Shown here: positions 27,953 to 41,000 of the stretch, piece by piece
Layout of the letters: every line of letters begins with the position of its first letter
Numbering within the stretch: position 1 is the stretch's first letter
NCBI GenBank assembly: GCA_964291315.2
Contig: OZ219753.1
Span: forward strand, 672,001-736,000
Source of the DNA: Candidatus Poribacteria bacterium
GTDB taxonomy: Bacteria; Poribacteria; WGA-4E; WGA-3G
Length of the DNA: 64,000 nt
Direction: 5' to 3'
The notes under the pieces: generated by a model
Seen by the model: the letters and a program-made list of their open reading frames with translations, nothing else
Told to the model about the DNA's origin: nothing
Databases searched by the model: none
Translations under genes and position numbers: made by a program

Positions 27953-29545
27953 ATGGTAGCAAACATCCTCGAACTTCGGAATGTTACGAAAATTTTCGGA
28001 GACTTCGTTGCGGTTGATAGTGTCAATTTTGAATTACGACCTGGTGAAATCCACGCCATCTTAGGCGAAAATGGTGCCGGTAAGTCCACTCTGATGAACC
28101 TTATCTATGGACTTTACCAACCGTCGGCGGGACGCATCTATGTTACAGATCGGGAGAATTGGCGGTATGAACTGCGTGCGAAGTCACCACGTGATGCCAT
28201 CGTTAGCGGTATTGGCATGGTGCATCAACATTTCATGCTTGTTGAGAATCTGAGTGTCGCCGAAAACATCGCTTTGAGTATGGGACAACTGCGTCAAAAC
28301 ACGCCAATAGGCATACCGGCGAACGGGAATCGCAAGAATTGGTGGCGGAAGTTCCGTTTTAATAAAAAAGAGGCTATCCGTATCACCGAAGCACTTTCGG
28401 TGCAGTTCGGCCTAGCTGTAGATCCGAGTGCCCCGGTCCGGAGCCTATCGGTAGGTTTAAAACAGCGTGTAGAGATCCTAAAAGCGCTTGCAGCGGATGC
28501 CCGGATTCTGATTCTTGATGAACCGACAGCTGTTCTAAGCCCACAAGAGGTAGGAGGCTTCTTCGCCATTCTACGCAAACTCCAGGCCGATGCCCGCGCT
28601 ATCATCTTCATCAGCCACAAGATGAAGGAGGTTTTAGACATCAGCGATAGGATAACTGTCTTAAGACGCGGTAAGAAAGTTTATCTCGGTAAAACGGGAG
28701 AGCTAACTGCACGGGAACTTGCAAGAGAGATGATTGGAGAAGACATCAACGAAGTTGAAAGATCAACGAGTGCGGAACCCGAGAGCAAGCCGGCAGAAAG
28801 TGTCCTTCAGGTTTCGAATTTGACAGTCTTGGGAGATCGGAATGTAGATGCAGTTTCGAATGTCTCTATGGAAACCCGGCGCGGTGAAATTGTGGGCATC
28901 GCTGGAGTTGACGGTAATGGACAACGCGAACTCGCTGAAGCAATTATGGGGTTGCGACCCAGCGTATCTGGAAAAATAAGCATCTTGAATGTGAGTCCAA
29001 AAGGAATCAAGGCGGTTCGACATCTCGGGGTCGGTTATATCCCTGAAGATAGGCAGACAACCGGAGTCATCGCAGCGTTCTCAATTACCGAGAACCTGCT
29101 ACTGAATATTACACATTTAGAAAACCTTGCAGAGTGGCATGTTCTTAGCCAAAAGAAGAAACGGGAAACCGCGGCGCAGCTCATCGCGGATTATGATATC
29201 CGCCCCGCAGTTGCTGATATACCAGTATCTGCACTCTCCGGTGGCAATCAACAGAAAATTGTTATTGCACGAGAAATTTCACTTCATCCCGAGCTTCTTA
29301 TTGCGGTTAACCCCACACGCGGTTTAGATGTTAACGCAGCACGTTATGTACACGAGAATTTATTGGCACAATGTGAAAAAGAAAAATCCGTTCTATTAAT
29401 TTCAACAGAACTCGATGAGGTTTTGCTATTGAGCGATCGACTCTATGTCATGTCAAGAGGCGAACTCATCGAAGCAACCGCACAACGCAATGACATTGAG
29501 GCTCTCGGTTTGTTAATGACCGGAGAAAACTATGCGCAGGAATAG
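27953..29545 (+). CDS. Nucleoside/sugar ABC transporter ATP-binding protein (two ABC domains)
   Basis: GENGAGKST, ILDEPT, LSGGNQQK, NPTRGLDV. Confidence 0.95.
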   Translation: MVANILELRNVTKIFGDFVAVDSVNFELRPGEIHAILGENGAGKSTLMNLIYGLYQPSAGRIYVTDRENWRYELRAKSPRDAIVSGIGMVHQHFMLVENLSVAENIALSMGQLRQNTPIGIPANGNRKNWWRKFRFNKKEAIRITEALSVQFGLAVDPSAPVRSLSVGLKQRVEILKALAADARILILDEPTAVLSPQEVGGFFAILRKLQADARAIIFISHKMKEVLDISDRITVLRRGKKVYLGKTGELTARELAREMIGEDINEVERSTSAEPESKPAESVLQVSNLTVLGDRNVDAVSNVSMETRRGEIVGIAGVDGNGQRELAEAIMGLRPSVSGKISILNVSPKGIKAVRHLGVGYIPEDRQTTGVIAAFSITENLLLNITHLENLAEWHVLSQKKKRETAAQLIADYDIRPAVADIPVSALSGGNQQKIVIAREISLHPELLIAVNPTRGLDVNAARYVHENLLAQCEKEKSVLLISTELDEVLLLSDRLYVMSRGELIEATAQRNDIEALGLLMTGENYAQE

Positions 29546-29638
29546 CGGGTTGTGTGGATCGGAGAGTTTCTTTCAAGACTCGTAATATTCTCAGTCGCGT
29601 AGGAATTCGCCCAAAACCATTGGGAACGTAGTGGAGCA

Positions 29639-30697
29639 ATGACCATATTCGATAATTTAAAAAATAGTTTGAAAATTCGATGGTTGGTAACACCTGTTGT
29701 AATTCTTGTGAGTGCGTTTATCACGAATGCCATTATAATGTTGTTATGCCACTATAACCCATTAGAAGCCTATGAGGCAGCGGTGGCCGGAGCATTTGGT
29801 AGCGGGCGAAAATTCGGGGAGACGTTAGTGAAAAGCACACCGTTTTTGATGGCGGGGCTTTCGGTTGCCATGGCGTTTCGGTGTGGAATTTGGAATATTG
29901 GTGCCGAAGGGCAGTTTCTGATAGGTGCGCTAACAGCGACATGGTTCGGGACAAAATTTGCTCCATTTTTCCCTCAAACTTCGTGGATTGCTGTGCCAGT
30001 CTGCCTCTGTTTTGCAGCATTTGCAGGCGGAGTTTGGGGGCTCATTCCTGCAATCCTCAAAGTGACACGTGGGGTCAACGAAGTCATCAGTACGATCATG
30101 TTGAACTATATTGCGCTTCATCTGGTAAGTATGATGATAGATGGTGGTCCGTTGTGGGAAACAGCTCAGCGTGGCCCGCAGAGCGACCGGATAGTCGAAT
30201 GGGTATTTCTGCCTCGTCTCATCCCGCCCCATCGGGTACATCTGGGAATAGTTATCGCTGTGGTCCTGGCGATTATTCTCACCTTTGTCTTATTTAGAAC
30301 AACGTTCGGGTTTCAACTTCGCGCGGTAGGAGAGGGAGCGGCTGCAGCAGAATCAGCAGGGATTTCGATTGTCCAGAATACCCTCCGTGTCTTTTTTATT
30401 AGTGGTGCGCTTGCAGGACTCGGCGGCGCAATTGAACTGACTGCATTGACTCGGCGGCTATTTCTCAACTTTTCACCTGGATATGGTTACACAGCAATCG
30501 CTGTCGCTTTATTAGCAAGACTGAACCCGCTGGTGACGGTTGCTGCTGCTTTGTTGTTCGGTGTACTTACAACAGGTTCCTATAGCATGCAGCGTGAGGT
30601 CGGTATTTCTGATAAAGTGACCTTAGTGATGCAGGCGACCATCCTATTATTCGTTATTGGCTACAGCTCTATTCAGCTTTTTCGTAAGAGGGTTTGA
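29639..30697 (+). CDS. Nucleoside ABC transporter permease (NupB-like)
   Basis: WNIGAEGQ, GVNEVISTIMLNY, GYGYTAIAVALLARLNP. Confidence 0.93.
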   Translation: MTIFDNLKNSLKIRWLVTPVVILVSAFITNAIIMLLCHYNPLEAYEAAVAGAFGSGRKFGETLVKSTPFLMAGLSVAMAFRCGIWNIGAEGQFLIGALTATWFGTKFAPFFPQTSWIAVPVCLCFAAFAGGVWGLIPAILKVTRGVNEVISTIMLNYIALHLVSMMIDGGPLWETAQRGPQSDRIVEWVFLPRLIPPHRVHLGIVIAVVLAIILTFVLFRTTFGFQLRAVGEGAAAAESAGISIVQNTLRVFFISGALAGLGGAIELTALTRRLFLNFSPGYGYTAIAVALLARLNPLVTVAAALLFGVLTTGSYSMQREVGISDKVTLVMQATILLFVIGYSSIQLFRKRV

Positions 30698-30806
30698 CAA
30701 TTACTCTCAAAGGTTCTACAGTTGTAAACGAAGGTATAGTTATTTAATTGGGCACAGTTTCTGCATTAATGATTACCGTCCGTTCAATAGTAGACTGACA
30801 AACAAC

Positions 30807-31736
30807 ATGTTTGAAGATATTTTCTCAGCAACAATTCGTGGAACGACCCCGCTCCTATTGGCAGCATTAGGTGAGGTTATCTCCCAACGTGCCGGTGTGC
30901 TTAACATCGGTATTGAAGGTATGATGCTCATCGGGGCGTTTTTTGGGATGGTAGGCTCGTTCTACACTGCAGAATTCACTATGATCGCGCCGTGGTTCGG
31001 GCTTTTGATGGCAGGTCTCAGTGGACTTACCGCCGCTGCTCTGTTTGCCCTATGTGCTATAAGGATGCGCGGCGACCAAGTCATCATCGGCACCGCAATG
31101 ACGCTCTTGGCATTAGGTTTAACCGAAGTTGTCTATCAGCGACTCTTCGGCGAGACAGGTATGGCGAAAGGTGTGCCAGCATTTCAGCAGATAGACATCC
31201 CGCTGCTCTCACGACTCCCTTTTATTGGGCGTGTGCTATTTTCACACAATATTCTCGTTTACATTGCATTTCTGCTTGTGCCGTGCGTCTATTTTTTTCT
31301 TTACCAAACACACCTCGGACTCAGAGTCCGCGCTTGTGGTGAACACCCGAGAGCAATCGCCGCGGCTGGTGCTGATGTCCTCCGTTTGAGAACAATGTGT
31401 CTACTATTTGGGGGTGCGATGGCAGGTATCGCTGGCGGTTATCTCTCGCTTGCAGATGTTCCATATTTTACTCCTGGAATGACGGTGGGGCGCGGGTTTA
31501 TAGCCTTAGCAATAGTTATTTTTGGAAAGTGGCATCCGATCAAGGCGTGCGGTGCAGCATTGCTCTTCGGGCTCGGTTCGGCGCTGGATGCGCGGTTTCA
31601 GGCCCTGGGCTGGGATGTTCCGTATCAAATATTCTTAATGCTCCCTTACCTTCTCTGTTTGGCGGTCTTGGCAGGATTCGTCGGTCGTGCGGAAGCTCCG
31701 CTGGCGTTAGGGAAACCGTACGGGCGCTCAAATTAG
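30807..31736 (+). CDS. Nucleoside ABC transporter permease (NupC-like)
   Basis: PLLLAALGE, GVLNIGIEG, GRGFIALAIVIFGKW, ALGKPY; ATG at 30807. Confidence 0.93.
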   Translation: MFEDIFSATIRGTTPLLLAALGEVISQRAGVLNIGIEGMMLIGAFFGMVGSFYTAEFTMIAPWFGLLMAGLSGLTAAALFALCAIRMRGDQVIIGTAMTLLALGLTEVVYQRLFGETGMAKGVPAFQQIDIPLLSRLPFIGRVLFSHNILVYIAFLLVPCVYFFLYQTHLGLRVRACGEHPRAIAAAGADVLRLRTMCLLFGGAMAGIAGGYLSLADVPYFTPGMTVGRGFIALAIVIFGKWHPIKACGAALLFGLGSALDARFQALGWDVPYQIFLMLPYLLCLAVLAGFVGRAEAPLALGKPYGRSN

Positions 31737-31813
31737 TTGGTTGTATTTAATCTCCCAAATGTTTTTATCAGGAGGGCTTTAAGTATAAGAAGAGACGCGT
31801 GGGTTCTAAACCC

Positions 31814-34800
31814 TTAGAATGTTCCGCCTAGGCGAAAATGAATTCTATTTGTATCCGCTGTTGGAACAGACACGAATGGGATGGCATAACCAATTCCGCC
31901 TGTAAGTGCTCCTAGATCCAAGTAGATGCCGGCACCAACAGAGGACGGCAACGGCTCTACTGTATCAATATCTTCTAGTGAATCCCAGACGTTCCCTGTA
32001 TCAAAAAAGATCGCGCCGCGAACCACACTATAGATCGGGAAACGCAACTCCGTGTTAAAGATGAATTGCACATCGCCCCGATGGATACCTGTGATATCCT
32101 CCGGCCCCAGAGAACGTTCTGCATAACCCCGAACTGTTGTACTCCCGCCGGCCCAAAACCGTTCAAAAGAGATGAGTTCGGCGCGGCGATTTGAATGTAA
32201 TCCCGTGGTAACACCAAGACGTAGTGCTGTTGCTAATACAATACCTCCGAGTTTCTGGTAGTGCCGTGTATCAGTTGTGGTTTTGATGAAGCCGGTTTCG
32301 CCTTGTAAAAAGCCGCCTGCGTATTCAAGTGTAATTGCGTTCAACATTCCAGCGGTCGGATTCAAATAGCGTACACGACTATCATACGTCCAAGAAAAAC
32401 GCAGGCTGCTCACTGTTGTCGCGTCTTGGACTGATGTTGGGACTGGCTGGCTCAAATGCTTGTAGTTATATCGTAAATTAACGTAGTTAGCTTCGAATAG
32501 CTGTCTGCTAAGGATGAAACTCCCTTGCAGGGCACGAACGTAATCGTCTATCTCTAATCGTCTTCCGGATAATTGGAGGCTGCCGCGGGTTCGTTCGATG
32601 AGCCACGGTTCAGTGAGTGTAGCATCAAACAGATAGCCTAACTCATCACGCCATCCCAATCTACCACGTAAGCGCCCGCGGATGTTCCGCTTAAATAGAA
32701 AGTTGCTATCAGCTACCTCTCCTGTCAGCCTAGCCCCTACTGCAGAGCTATAGCCGCCGCTAAGACTATAGGTGCGTGGCAGCTGTTTTTCTAGTTTTAT
32801 TAAAACAGAATCACTCTTAAGAGAGTCGATCGGATTTTCTTTCTTTCGATTCCGTGCTGTGTTCTGTGGTATTATCTGTTCAATTCTAAGGCGCTCCGCC
32901 TGAACACCACGGAAAACTCCTAAACTGTAAAGATTCTGTCGAGCGCGGTTCAACTTCTCCGATGTCCAAATCGTTCCCTCGAGATGTACCACTTCTCGAT
33001 CTAAAACGTGCTGTTTCACGACCTCTGTATCGCCCTCAAAGTAGAACTTTCCAAATGCGACCTGTTTTCCTTCTTTAACCACAGTGAGGTAGAGAACTCC
33101 GTGTTCAAAAACTTTAATGTGTTCTGCCTCCTGTATGAATGTGTAGCGCGGATTGCCATCAAAGTCTTGGAGGCTCCAACGATTACCGATATTGGCGGCT
33201 ATGAAGATATCTTCAAGTGCCAAGTTGTGTGTTTCAAACGTATCTCGGATCTTCAACGGAATCTTTCCGTCCGCAAGGAGTTCCGAAAAATTGCCGCTCA
33301 TCTGAAATATGGGTGTTTCTGTCTGTGGCAAGTACGTGTTATTAACCACAGCATCAATATAACCGAGCTCCTGATAGGCTTTTAAGACTGCGTCTTGGTA
33401 GGCATTGCGCTTTAGCGAGGTGTTCGGTTGTGGGAGTGGAAGTTCACTTTGCAAACGTCTAAGGAGCGTAGCGGTATCTAACACCTGGTTCCCATTGATG
33501 ACACATCGGTGAATCATTTCTTTTTGCTCCTCAACAATTACAATACGTATTTCAATTTCACCGATGTTTCGACGACTTGAGAGCTTTTTATCAAGCGTGG
33601 CTCTGATAGATGTTTTCGGATAACCGGCTCTCCCATACAAGAGTCTCAGACGATCGATGTCCATAGCGAGTTTTTGTTCATAAAAAAAGTGTCTCTGTTC
33701 CCGTTGGAACAACACTGTTGCAATGTGAGCTTGCAAATTCTGTAGAAACCCTTGGATTGGTTTCATCGTCATCTCGCGTAGCAACTTCGTATCCGAAAAT
33801 GCCCTATTCCCTAAGAAACTGATACTAGTGACGATATAGCGTATGCCAGGGTTAATCACCAACTGGACCTCGGAAGCCTCCACAACTTCTTCATCTACAG
33901 TGGTATCATGGTACCCTTGAGCTTTGAAATAGGATTTTATCCTGCGTTTCCACACAGCAGTGTTGGAAGTGTTGATTAGAGAAACTATATCTTTTCTGAA
34001 GGTATCTTGGTGTGACAATGGAACTTCCCCGACATCTGAAACAAACTTAAACTGAACTTGCTTGCCCTCGTTGATCTGAAATTGCAGCACACCGGTTTCA
34101 TGAGAAAAGGTCGGTACGACAGTAGTAGTCAGATAACGATTTTCTTCGTAAAGCGCTTTCAGTGCCCCCGCGTCGATATCCACAGCGGACTTGTTGTAAA
34201 CTGGAGAATGCTTGCTAAAACTACAAGCGGCATTAAGTCGATATGTGGGTATAGCGGAATTACCGAGAAATTCTAATTTGCGAATCGTGGATGCCTCCGC
34301 TAATGTTATCTGATAGATTAACGTAACGGTTGGCGAACGGGTCTCTTCTGCCTGTTGCGTAACCACTCGGGCTGGGATATCTGAAACCGTGACCTTAGCG
34401 TTAAAATATCCATAATCTTGGCACACTTGCTCGATACGGCTAATATCAGTCTCTACAATTTCAGGAACGTATGTGCCCTTTGGTTTTGTCCTCAACACTT
34501 GATTAATAGCACGTCTGAATTCTGTCTGTGGAACGCCGATAATCACAATTTCTTCAATGCGCGCAAATGGAATGAGTTGATAGGTTAAAACAATTCCAGC
34601 AGGCGTTTGCTGGGTGTAGACCTGAATCTGGGCGTATCGTTGTGTGGCGTAGAGCGTTTTAAGGCTCTGTTGGATAGCGTACCGAGACAATTTGTCTCCA
34701 ACACGTATTGCCCTCTGATTTCTGAGAATATTGAGTTGTTCTGTAGTTAAGGTTACAGGTTCCGCATCAATCCGATAGTCTATCTTTATGATGCGTTCTA

Positions 34801-34921
34801 CATCAGATTCAGATGCCTCATTTGCGCCAATAGATCCGAGCGGGAAACAACAGAATAATAGGACAAAACGGATCAAATTTCCGACGACGAATGTTTTGTA
34901 ATTTGCACAACCCATAAGCAT
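31814..34921 (-). CDS. Omp85-family outer-membrane protein (BamA/TamA-like, several POTRA domains)
   Basis: POTRA motifs (FLGN..., YKAQGY), RFWAGGSTTVRGY, ELRFPI, FFDTGNVW, C-terminal FRLGGTF. Confidence 0.9.
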   Translation of the reverse strand: MLMGCANYKTFVVGNLIRFVLLFCCFPLGSIGANEASESDVERIIKIDYRIDAEPVTLTTEQLNILRNQRAIRVGDKLSRYAIQQSLKTLYATQRYAQIQVYTQQTPAGIVLTYQLIPFARIEEIVIIGVPQTEFRRAINQVLRTKPKGTYVPEIVETDISRIEQVCQDYGYFNAKVTVSDIPARVVTQQAEETRSPTVTLIYQITLAEASTIRKLEFLGNSAIPTYRLNAACSFSKHSPVYNKSAVDIDAGALKALYEENRYLTTTVVPTFSHETGVLQFQINEGKQVQFKFVSDVGEVPLSHQDTFRKDIVSLINTSNTAVWKRRIKSYFKAQGYHDTTVDEEVVEASEVQLVINPGIRYIVTSISFLGNRAFSDTKLLREMTMKPIQGFLQNLQAHIATVLFQREQRHFFYEQKLAMDIDRLRLLYGRAGYPKTSIRATLDKKLSSRRNIGEIEIRIVIVEEQKEMIHRCVINGNQVLDTATLLRRLQSELPLPQPNTSLKRNAYQDAVLKAYQELGYIDAVVNNTYLPQTETPIFQMSGNFSELLADGKIPLKIRDTFETHNLALEDIFIAANIGNRWSLQDFDGNPRYTFIQEAEHIKVFEHGVLYLTVVKEGKQVAFGKFYFEGDTEVVKQHVLDREVVHLEGTIWTSEKLNRARQNLYSLGVFRGVQAERLRIEQIIPQNTARNRKKENPIDSLKSDSVLIKLEKQLPRTYSLSGGYSSAVGARLTGEVADSNFLFKRNIRGRLRGRLGWRDELGYLFDATLTEPWLIERTRGSLQLSGRRLEIDDYVRALQGSFILSRQLFEANYVNLRYNYKHLSQPVPTSVQDATTVSSLRFSWTYDSRVRYLNPTAGMLNAITLEYAGGFLQGETGFIKTTTDTRHYQKLGGIVLATALRLGVTTGLHSNRRAELISFERFWAGGSTTVRGYAERSLGPEDITGIHRGDVQFIFNTELRFPIYSVVRGAIFFDTGNVWDSLEDIDTVEPLPSSVGAGIYLDLGALTGGIGYAIPFVSVPTADTNRIHFRLGGTF

Positions 34922-35044
34922 TTTCTAGTTGCAGTCAGCAGTCAGTCTTCCGTTATCGTGCACTCCGTTGGGGAAAAGTTCTGAATATCAGAGGTTTGAC
35001 TGAAAGCTGAAAGGGATGACGGAGTCCGTGCGTACTATGCACCT

Positions 35045-38000
35045 TTAAAAACGTCCTTTGAACTCGATGTCGACCCCGTGTTCTCCTCGATCATTGGTCT
35101 CGATTTTAATCGACATATTGTTTGTAAGGGGGTACTCGGCGATGATAGAGCGTGCATCTTCTTCAAACGGGCGCTGGAGACTAAACGTAAGTCCGCCGAG
35201 CGTTCTGGAGAACGCAGCGTTGCGGATGAGGAATGCGATGATTTCTTCGTGTGTGAGAACCTCGGTTGTCGTTGTGGTAGGTGCGCTCAGCGTGAAGTTA
35301 GGATTATTTAGAGTGCCAGTAAATGCAGCATAAACTTGGATATCTATTATACTCTCATCTCTGGGTAGCACCCCGCGAATCCGTTCTGGGGTCCTCAGGG
35401 AAATATTTAGGTCCGGATTAAAATTGAAAGTACTCCGATTGCTAATTCTAGAACCTTCAATGAACTCAAAAGGTTGGGTGATCAATCCTATTTTCCCACT
35501 CTGTACTGACACGTTCCCACTGAAAACCGGTTGGTTGATGGGCCCAATAAGTTTGCCTAAGCAAGCGATTTCAATATCTGTTGGTCCTGTGATGGATGAA
35601 AGTACACGGAAATCGCTAGGAATATCAACATCTATATCAAGGTGCAACTCCTGCAAAATTGGGTTTGCCAATGCGACATCTGCCTCTTTTATTGAAACGC
35701 CCGTCAACCAGTCTTGGACGATTTCCCAGTTTTGCTGATAGTAACCACTGTTTATCCTCAGACTGCCCGTTAAGTACGGACGCAGCAGTTCTCCATGTAA
35801 ACGCAATTCTGCAAAATCAAGGTTTGCTTTGTACGTCTCTGGCTGTTCAAAGACCACTTCTGTAACATTGGTCGACAAATCTAGGACCGGTGGTGTCTGC
35901 CATATCTGCCTGTCTGCGGGTGCAGCGATATGTCCTTGGATCGAAAAGTTTCCATTATTCAACTTCCCTTGACATTCTGTAATGTTGGCTCCTTTTTCTG
36001 ATAAGCGAATTTCCCCTTCCATTTCCTTAACAGAAATACCGGTGTCGGGAAATTCAAGATCTATACCGTTGAAAAATACACTGCCTATCGCTTGTGGTGC
36101 CTCGATTGTGCCTGTCAGTTCGACATGAATATCACCTCTACCGGTTGCGGATCCGAGCCCCCTGACTACAAGTGGTAGCATATTGAGGTCCTTTACCTTA
36201 ACATCTAAGGTAGCGTTCATCGGGGTCTGTCGGATCTGCTGCCAAACCTTTCCTGGTATCTGTTGTAATCGCCTCAAAAAGGGAATCAATTTTAGTTGAT
36301 AGGGTATCGTCCCTGAGAAGGTCAGTAGGTTCTCACCAAACGTGATTTCAACATAACGTTTGGTTGAAATTTCCCATTTTCCATTTTGATAGCGGACCCT
36401 CCACCGAAGATCAATCGGTACATCTTGCAGGTAGAGTTCAGCAGGATCGCTTGCATGTCGTCGAAGGGTTATTTTGGGGTTTTCGCTTGTCCCGCTCAAT
36501 TGTAATGTTCCGGACAGCACACCGGTTACCCTATAAGAGGGGGGCCAGGCATCTGTTAACGCTGAGACATCAAAGTTCGCGACGCGCAGTGCTATATCGA
36601 ATTCACCATTTGTTTTCCATGTGCTGCCTGCATCAACGCTAAGCGTGGTCTGATCTGCGACTATCTGTTCTTCACCGATCAGTCCGTCGGGTTTTCTGTC
36701 CTCACTGCTAAAGGTCTGCTTGATTAAGAACGTTTCCTGATTCTGAAGGTTGAACGTATTCGCTAAAGCCGCAATCCCGTTGCTGAAGACTATCGAGGTC
36801 GGCTGCGGGTCTTGAAAATCGTAATGTCGATCGAACGCCTTAAACGCGAGCCGAACACTGTCTATTGAAAAACGTGCTGTTGAAACTGCTGCGATATTTA
36901 CAAGTGAAGGTATTTCTCGGATTTGGGGCAGCGGTATCGTCTCCATGCCTGCAAAGAAGCTGTTGAGAGGAACTATCAACGTCTCAAGCCTAGCTGTTAG
37001 ATGCCCTTGAATGTCTTCTATTGCTTCTGGTGGTAGTGCTGCTGCAACCGTTGAGCCGAGTGGGAATCGTTCAAACCGCATTGCTTTTAATCTGAATTCT
37101 TCAGGCACTAATCCGCTCAATATCAGTTGTCCCTCTTGAAGACTACCATATCCTGATCCCATCTTAAATTGGAGGGTTTTGATATTGATTACATTTTCAC
37201 GAGCCGTCAGTTGAACACTCATGTTCTGGATCGGCTCGTGGAAATTCGTCAGTACAAGCCGCTGTGCCTCGACGGATAGACTGCCCGCGATATGCGGGAC
37301 ACGACTAGTACCCTGCAGTGCCAAGTCTATATCAACAGTGCCGTCTGTCTCTGAAAAGAGTATATCAAGATTGGGGAAAAAATCCAGCGGTAGTTCCCTG
37401 CCTTGGAGGCGCAGGTTGATGGGTTCGGTGAGAAGTCTTTCGGAAATATCCATCACTGTGAAGGTCAAATCGAAGGGGATAACGCCGGTGAGAGTCAACT
37501 TTCCTAAGTTATCTTTTAACGTTATCTCACTAATTTCTATCTGTCTGCTGCTGTACTGGACATTTCCTTTCCACTCTTTTTGATTGAGGGTGCCGTTCCA
37601 CGCTGCCGTGATAGCTGGGTTCTCGAGACTGCCGCCCATACTCACGTAGAGGGCTGCGTTCATCAAAGATGATGTAATTTGTAGCTGGATTTCTACTGCG
37701 AGGGTTTCCTCATTGCCGGTAATAGATAACCCGGGATCGGATCGGAATTGGAGTGGGGCGTTATTTGTGAGATGGAGATCGTATCCATCGAGTACTAACT
37801 CATCTATTTTGCCAACCACAGTAATTTCGTGTGGTTCTAAGCTTGTGCCGCTGAGTTTAACCTCCCCGGAAGCGATACCGTAGTCTCCAATCTCCAATTG
37901 TGATGCCGATATCTCAAGTTCGAAAAGCATTGTGTCTGCCTGCTGGCGTGAGAACACGGCTTCTCCTTTGGCACGATAGGGGCCAGCCCCCATCTGTCCG

Positions 38001-41000
38001 TTTGCTTCCAGGGTTTGGATATGCACCGATTCTGCGTCTATATTAATATCTACGCGAAGTCTCTCTAGTGTGATAGATGGAATATAAGACGCGATGCGGA
38101 TCGGCTGCTGTACCGCCGTTTCAGCGTATAGTATTGCATGTGGTTCAACGATCGTCCCTCCAATTTCTAATGAGGCCTCCAACGATCCAGTTATTTCGTT
38201 GCCAGAGCTAAGTTCGTTGATAACCTCTATTGGGAAGGTGGTAAGATCAAGAGCAATTGTGTCGGCGCGGAGGTGTAGCTCTGAACGGTTGACGTTTTCG
38301 GGCTGAATATCAATGTATCCGCCGACACTTACATCGTTACCGAAAATTTTAAAAGCGCACTTTTCATCAAGTGTCAGAACATTTTCTTGATATACCATCC
38401 CGCCGCTTGCGTCACTGATGTAGATCTCTCCGATTTCTGTTTTCAATGTCAGCGTCGGAATTGCCCATTCTGCTTCGACGACCGGGAGTTCGGGGGTTCC
38501 GGTGATGTATAGCTCGTAACGGGCAGTGCTCGTCTGCAGGACTTCCTCTGGGATACCGAATGCTGCAGCGAATGGACGGAGTGCGAAGTCGTCAGTTTTA
38601 CTTCGGAGATCCATCGCCTCAGTTTTCGCGTTAAAGGTTCCTGCCAATTGAATAAAGGCGGAGTCATCTTGTGAGGTTGCTAGGCGGAGTGCCTCGATTG
38701 TCCATTTGTCATCTCTGAGGTGTAGACGAATCGGCTCTGCATTTGTGAACGGTATTTCTTGTCGTGTCGGATTTTCATAGCGAAGTTGAGAGGTAGCGAT
38801 GTAAATATCAACATCATATGGATATATCTGCTCTTTACGTGGTTCGGCGGATGTCGGTGTTGGTGCTAAGTCGGCTATCTTTCCGCGAACTGAAACATGT
38901 CCGTCAGCAGTTCCTATAATCGGGTTAAGCGTCGGATGCAAGATACGCAAAAAAGGGGCGACATCGATTCCTGTACTTTCTACTACAAAGCGGTATGGGT
39001 TGTCTGGCTCCATACTTACAGTGCCACTAATTTGGCTTGTTGCATCAAAGCCGTGTCCTTGAAAGTCATAGATATCTGCTTCGCCGGTGGTATTTTTTCG
39101 TTCTATAAGTTTACCGAGGAGGGTGGCATCGCCTAGAAGATGCTTAACGCCTCTTTGCGCGTCTAGATACGTTATATCTGAGGAGCCTAGTTCGACTCGA
39201 AAATCTGCGTCCTCCGACTGCCTTAGTGCCCCAACGAACCGGACATCGAATCCACCTTCAAAAGGAAAATCGGTTATATTTGCGGCTTTCGCAATTTCTT
39301 CAAAGCGGATCGGTGCTTCGTTTTGCAACAGAAGATCAAGCTCGCCGTTGGCAGCCACGGTAATATTCATCGTAATCTGCTGCCCGCGCGTGGTTATCTT
39401 AAAATCGGTAATGCTGATGTTATAATCTTCAATTCTCAGCGGGAGTATTAGCGGGTCTAAGTGGACCCCCCATGCTACGCTGTCAGTAACCCTGAAGTCT
39501 GCCCTACCATCGAGATGGGTGAGCGTTCCGTCTAATTTGAGTTCGCCATTGCATTTGCCGTCTATTGGGTGTTCTGCCCCTAACAATAGTTTCGGATAGT
39601 GCTGGATGTAAACAGGATCTGCCACGATGCTGAAATCAGCTGGAAAGTCGTCTTTAACCTCAACGGTCCCGTTAATCGTGGTATGACTCTTGTATTGACT
39701 TTCGGCTGCGTGCTGTTGGTTGCCGATTGTGCTTTTCGTTAGCGAGCCGTTCTCGATAAATACTTTTCCGGCTTCATAACGGTAATGGCTAGTTAAAACG
39801 CCTAGCGGTATGTTGTTAAAGGTTGCGTTTGGCACCTCTAGGGATCCTTCGAGGCTACCGCTAGATGACAATTTTGCGGACGATGTCCCGGTACCTCCGA
39901 TATCCTCGGTGTTGACGATCTGTGTCAATTTGTCGATATTGATATTCACTGCGTGAATGTCTAGGAAGTCCTGCTGCCCTAACGGGAATATGCCTGTAAC
40001 CTCAATTTCTGCCTCATCAAAATTTGCATTCGCCTTCAATTCGCCTTGTTCGATTGTGCAATTGAGCGTTGAATCTTCAATCAGAGTCCCGTTGAGTGTC
40101 GTCTCTGCTAACGTTGCTTCTCCGTGGAGCTTGAGACTTGAGAGGTTGGTGCTGTCTCCGGTGAAACTTGCCGTGCCTGAGAGATGTCCTCTGCTGTCTG
40201 ATAGGTATTCGGGAAGCTGTGCAAATATCGACAGAAACGGGAGCACCTGTATTTCTGCTGCGTGCCATTGCCCTGAGTAGATAAATGGTAGGGTTGTGAG
40301 TTGTTTGAGTTGGGCGAGTATGTTGCCTTCAGGCGTGTTTTTCAATATGATACTTCCGGATCCTGATAGCGCGCCTTCGGCGATTTTGGTGCTGAGGTTC
40401 GTCAACTCGAAAGTTGGGCTCGGTGAATGCATGAGACGCGCCTCTGCCTCTAATTCCGCCAACGCTATTTTTCGATCGTTTGCCGCGTTCGTGATGGAAA
40501 GCATAGGCATGCTTGCAACAAAGGTCTTAACATCCAAAGCAGAATTGGTGCCTTCTGCTTCCAACGTTGCTTCCAATACCCCGTCTAGTTCTATATCTTT
40601 GTCGAAAAACTGTTGGACATCTGAAACATCTAGTTCTAGATTAAGAACAGCATTCCAGGCGTTTCCATTTTCACCTTGTCTAAGATCTGCTTTAATCCTC
40701 AACTCGGATTTGCCGAATGCGAAATAAAAATTCTCTAATCTGCTCTGGTCTGCTAATAGGACGAAGTCTGCGTCGAAGTTGTTAATTGCTGTTTCGGCAC
40801 CGTTGAGTGTGAAACTTCCTTTCCCGATCCGTAATTCTCCATCATGATTCCATGTGTTGAGTTCCCCGTTCACTCGGATAGAAACGTCGCTGATGGCTAC
40901 ACGGAGATTCTGTTGGGCATCGAAGTAAGTAAACTTGCCACGATTACATCTAATATGTCCTGCAGCGAAATCAAAGAGTGAAGTATCTTGAGACTTGTTT